A stretch of DNA of 64,000 bases from the human T2T-CHM13v2.0 reference genome, Homo sapiens. The stretch is taken from the NCBI RefSeq assembly GCF_009914755.1, contig NC_060944.1, one strand, 5' to 3'. Below the pieces are notes generated by a model, which worked only from the letters and a program-made list of their open reading frames with translations, ran no database searches and was not told the DNA's origin. Of this stretch, positions 57,847 through 64,000 are shown one piece after another. Position numbers and translations under genes: made by a program. How positions within the stretch are numbered: position 1 is the stretch's first letter; each line of letters starts with the position of its first letter.

Positions 57847-59370
57847 CTAGCTGGGCATGGTGGTGTGCATCTGTAGTCCTAGGTACTTGGGAGGGTGAGA
57901 TGGGAGGCTAAGGTGGGAGGCTTGCTTGAGCCCAGAAGGTTGAGGCTATAGTCAGCCTGGATAACAGAGCAAGACCCATTTCAAACAAACCAACCAACCC
58001 AGAATCAGTGTTCTGTGAATGGAAAAATGAATGCCAGGGCAGGACAGGCTCATTTAGCAGGAGGGAAGAGGTGCCATAGCCCAGGAGACAGGCCCAGCTC
58101 AGAGGTCACCTCAGAAGAGGTGATCAGATGCTCAGTCTGGATCCATCACACCCATCACCTCCGCAGTCCCCTACGCCTCACTCCCCTGTGATTGTCTGTG
58201 TAGGGTCTGTGTCCCCAACTAGGCTGAGAGCACTTTGAGGGCAGGGACCTGGTCTGACTCTCCTCTGTGTCCCCAGAATCCAGCAGAGATCTCATACGCT
58301 ACATGCTCAGCAAATGAACATTTGTCAACTTTGAAGCCAGAGAAACTGCCAGATCCCCTGCTCGCCCAGCCATCCCAGATCTGGGTCCCCCTCCTTTCCC
58401 ACAGGAACATGCTATAAATGGACAGCATACCAGCTGATGCCAGAATCAGGGCTTGCATTTCACAAACCAAGTGGCCTGTCCCAGAGTGGGGGTGGGGTCC
58501 TGGGGGCCCCGGAGTGTGGCCATAAATAGCCCAACTCTGAGGCCTCCTCCCCTCTCTGATTTCTGCCTGAGTCACCCGACAAGGCAGGGTGGGGCTGCCA
58601 AAGCCTATGGCCTAGAGAGCTGAGGGCACGACCACAGCCCTGTGGCCAGCATTCTCGAGACTCCAAAGATAGGCCCGGCCAGTGCCCCCACCCTCCCCAG
58701 CCAAGCCCCTGGCCTGGGAGCCTGATAAGCAGTGACACATGGGCCCTTCCTCCTCAGGGAAGCTGAGGCACCTATAAACAGAGGCCCCAATTTCCAGGGA
58801 GCTCCAGCTCTGCCAAGGAGGGAAGCCAGGATCTGGCTCTGGCCCCAAAGAGCCAGGAATAGATTCCACTGGAAACACATGGAAGAGAAACAGGGCAGGA
58901 TCACTCATCAGGCCCAGTATAAGTGGACTGGGGGTCACATATGCGTTGCTGAGAGAAGGGAACACATCTGTTTGGGCAACAGGATCTCCAGTACTTATCC
59001 CAGTGCTTAATAAATGTCTGTGACTGAATGTCCTGGCTGAAGGGAAGCCTGTCCTCTAAGCTCAAGCTGTTCCTTGTCTGTTCAGTGGGTGGTCATTTAC
59101 TTACCGCTGCTTGAAATTAGATGATAGAGCCATTTGTTTACTAGCCCATGGCCTTTCTCCCCTAACCAGAATGTCAGTTCCCGGAGAGCAGGGGCTGCCC
59201 TGTTTTCCAGTTCACTAGGGTATCCTCACCATCAAGAATAGTACCTGACGGCCGGGCGCGGTGGCTCACACCTGTATTCCCAACACTTTGGGAGGCCGAG
59301 GCGAGTGGATCACCTGAGGTCGGGAGTTGGAGACCAGCCTGACCAACATGGTGAAACCCTGTCTCTACTA

Positions 59371-59529
<159 letters not shown>

Positions 59530-59752
59530 TCAAAAAAAAAAAAAGAAAGAAAGAAAAAAAAAGAAAATAGTACTTGACATATACCAAGTAAGCAGTAAAA
59601 GAAATCTGGGCCAGGCACAGTGGCTCACACCTGTAATCCCAGGACTTTGGAAGCCTTAGGTGGGAGGATTGCTTGAGCCCAGGAGTTTGAAACCAGCCTG
59701 GGTGACATAGGGAGACCCTGTCTTGAAAAAATTAAAAAAAAAAAAATTTTGA

Positions 59753-60010
<258 letters not shown>

Positions 60011-60145
60011 TGAGCCACCGTGCCTGGCCTACAAAAAATTTTTAAAAACTAGGCCGGGCACAGTGGCTCGTGCCTGTAATCCCAGCACTTTGGGGGGCCG
60101 ACGCGGGCAGATCACAAGGTCAAGAGATTAAGACCATCCTGACTA

Positions 60146-60406
<261 letters not shown>

Positions 60407-60676
60407 TCACTTGAGCCAGGGAGGTCAAGGCTGCTATGATCATGCAACTACACTCCGGCCTGGGTGACAGAACAAGACCCTGTATCTATAAATAAGTACG
60501 TAAGTAAATAAAAGAAAAAAATGTGTTAGATGAATAAACACTGAAAGCCCTGGGGCTTCTCAGTGTGGAGCAAAAACATTGAAAGTGGGTCTGGGGCCGG
60601 GCATGGTGGCTCACGCCTATAATTCCAGCACTGTGGGAGGCCGAGGCAGGGGGAATCTTTTGAGCCCAGGAGTTCA

Positions 60677-60988
<312 letters not shown>

Positions 60989-61069
60989 TTATTTTAAAAA
61001 TGGAAGGGCCGGGCACACTGGCTCCCGCCTGTAATCCCAGTGCTTCGCGAGGTCGAGGCGGGCAGATCA

Positions 61070-61294
<225 letters not shown>

Positions 61295-61379
61295 TCAATC
61301 AATCAATAAAACATTAAAAAAAAATAAAAGTAAAAATAGAAGTAAAATATATCTACTTTAAAGGGTATTAAAAGATTCA

Positions 61380-61833
<454 letters not shown>

Positions 61834-61836
61834 TCA

Positions 61837-62130
<294 letters not shown>

Positions 62131-63415
62131 TTAGCCAGGTGTGGTGGTGCACACCTATAATCCCAGCTACTCAGGAGGCTGAGGTGGGAGGATCACTTGA
62201 GCCCAGGAGGTTGAGGCTAAAGTGAGCTGTGATTGTGCCACTGTACTCTAGCCTGGGTGACAGAGAGAAACCCTGTCTCAAAAAAAAAAAAAAAAAAGCC
62301 AATTTAAAAATAAATAAATAAGTGAAAGATTCAATACCTGTAAAGCACCTTCTCCTGCCTGGCATAGAACAGGGCTGTCTGGAGATAGCAGTGTGGTTAT
62401 GATTTCTGCTGCTGTTCCTAGTGTGACAGTATAAGGGGATAGGCATATAATGTGGTGACAGGCAGACAAGGATTTGAATCCAGGCCCCGTAATATCACTT
62501 GCATGAGGCAAGGTCTCTCTGAGCCTCAGTTTCTTTGCCTATATAATGGGCACTGATATGTCAACCCTCAACTTGAACTTGAGGATTCAAGTTCCAGCTG
62601 CCCACCCATCCACCCAGGATGGTGTGAAGAGGACTTGGGATTCCAACAGGCCCTGGAAGGGATGACCTTTAAGGTCTTGCTGGTCTAGCAAGGCTGAACT
62701 ATAAATAGTCCCCAGACTCTGGCAGGCCCTATAACAGGGATGACCAGCAGAGCCCAGGGGTTGCCACACTTTGGGGGATAAAATCTCACCTTACCACACC
62801 CTTGAGTAGTACAGGGGTTACAACCTATACAAAATCCCAAAAGCATGTGACCCTTTTGACCTAACAGCAACCCTTCCAGGAACCACCCTTCAGATGAGTG
62901 CTCACAGGTGCACAGAAGGCTTATAGCGCTATTGTCCATCCTGCAAGAGGCTAGGGACAACTTGAATATTCATGAATAGGGGCTGCTAAAAACAAGATGT
63001 GAACTCCCTGACTGGCAGACACTCACTACTCAGTCTTGTTCATAGCTATATCCTTGGTGCCTGCATCTAGTCCTGGCACAGAGCAGGGGCTCAGTAAATA
63101 TATGTTACATGAATAAACAAATCCATGGGATTTTTTTTTTTAATTTGTAGACATGGGGTCTTGCTATGTTGTCCAAGCTGGAGTGCAGTGGCTGTTCACA
63201 GGTGCATCATAGTGCACTCCTGCCTCGAATTCCTGGCCTCAAACAATCCTCCAACCTCAGCTTCAGGAGTAAATAGGACTACAGATGTGTAGTCCTCCAG
63301 CCCAATAATGGGACACCACATAACCATTAAAAAGAATGAGGGGCCGGGCACAGTGGCTCACACGTGTAATCCCAGCACTTTGGGAGGCCGATGGTGGGCA
63401 GATCACCTGAGCTCA

Positions 63416-63649
<234 letters not shown>

Positions 63650-64000
63650 TTAAAAAGATAAAAAAGAATGAGACTTACATGTTCTCAACTTATTACGTGA
63701 TAAAAGCAAATATGGAAACTTACTGGAAGAAAATGTGTGAAAGTATCAACACTGGTTATCTCTATAAGATGATCCCTTTACACTCTCGTTGGTAATTTTT
63801 TTTTTTTAAGAGACAGTGTCTTGCTTTGTTGCCCAGATTAGAGTACAGTGGCATAATCATAGTTTGGGTACAGCCTTGAACTCCTGGGCTCAAGCAATCC
63901 TCCTACCCAGCCTCCTGAGTAGCTGGGATTACAGGTGCACAACACTATGCCCAGCTAATTTTTAAAAAATTTTTTGGCCAGGCACAGTGGCTCACGCCTG

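Overview
Human/primate genomic DNA, extremely Alu-rich, recognisable from its encoded proteins as the CDK5RAP1-SNTA1 locus. Both genes are on the minus strand, in tandem. CDK5RAP1 (MiaB-like mitochondrial tRNA methylthiotransferase, radical SAM) runs from a CpG-island promoter and non-coding exon 1 (~36.7 kb) through coding exon 12 (2061-2210); its last exons lie beyond the left edge. SNTA1 (alpha-1-syntrophin) exons 3-8, 3'UTR and poly(A) signal lie at 43.2-53.2 kb; exons 1-2 lie beyond the right edge. I placed all exons by hand with GT/AG boundaries, and their phases chain without frameshift. The rest is mostly repeats: many Alus, one SVA, a Tigger1, MER DNA transposons, MLT LTRs, and L1/L2/MIR relics. 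I found no convincing new biological system. The best oddities are: an in-frame 42-nt Alu-derived cassette exon inside the radical-SAM domain; a uORF in frame with the CDK5RAP1 CDS and separated from it by a single TGA; an Alu-derived composite minisatellite; a duplication with an inverted junction beside exon 9; an internally inverted Tigger1; a prematurely polyadenylated SVA; and candidate muscle enhancers in SNTA1 intron 2. Repeat family names come from recalled consensus sequences, not a search.
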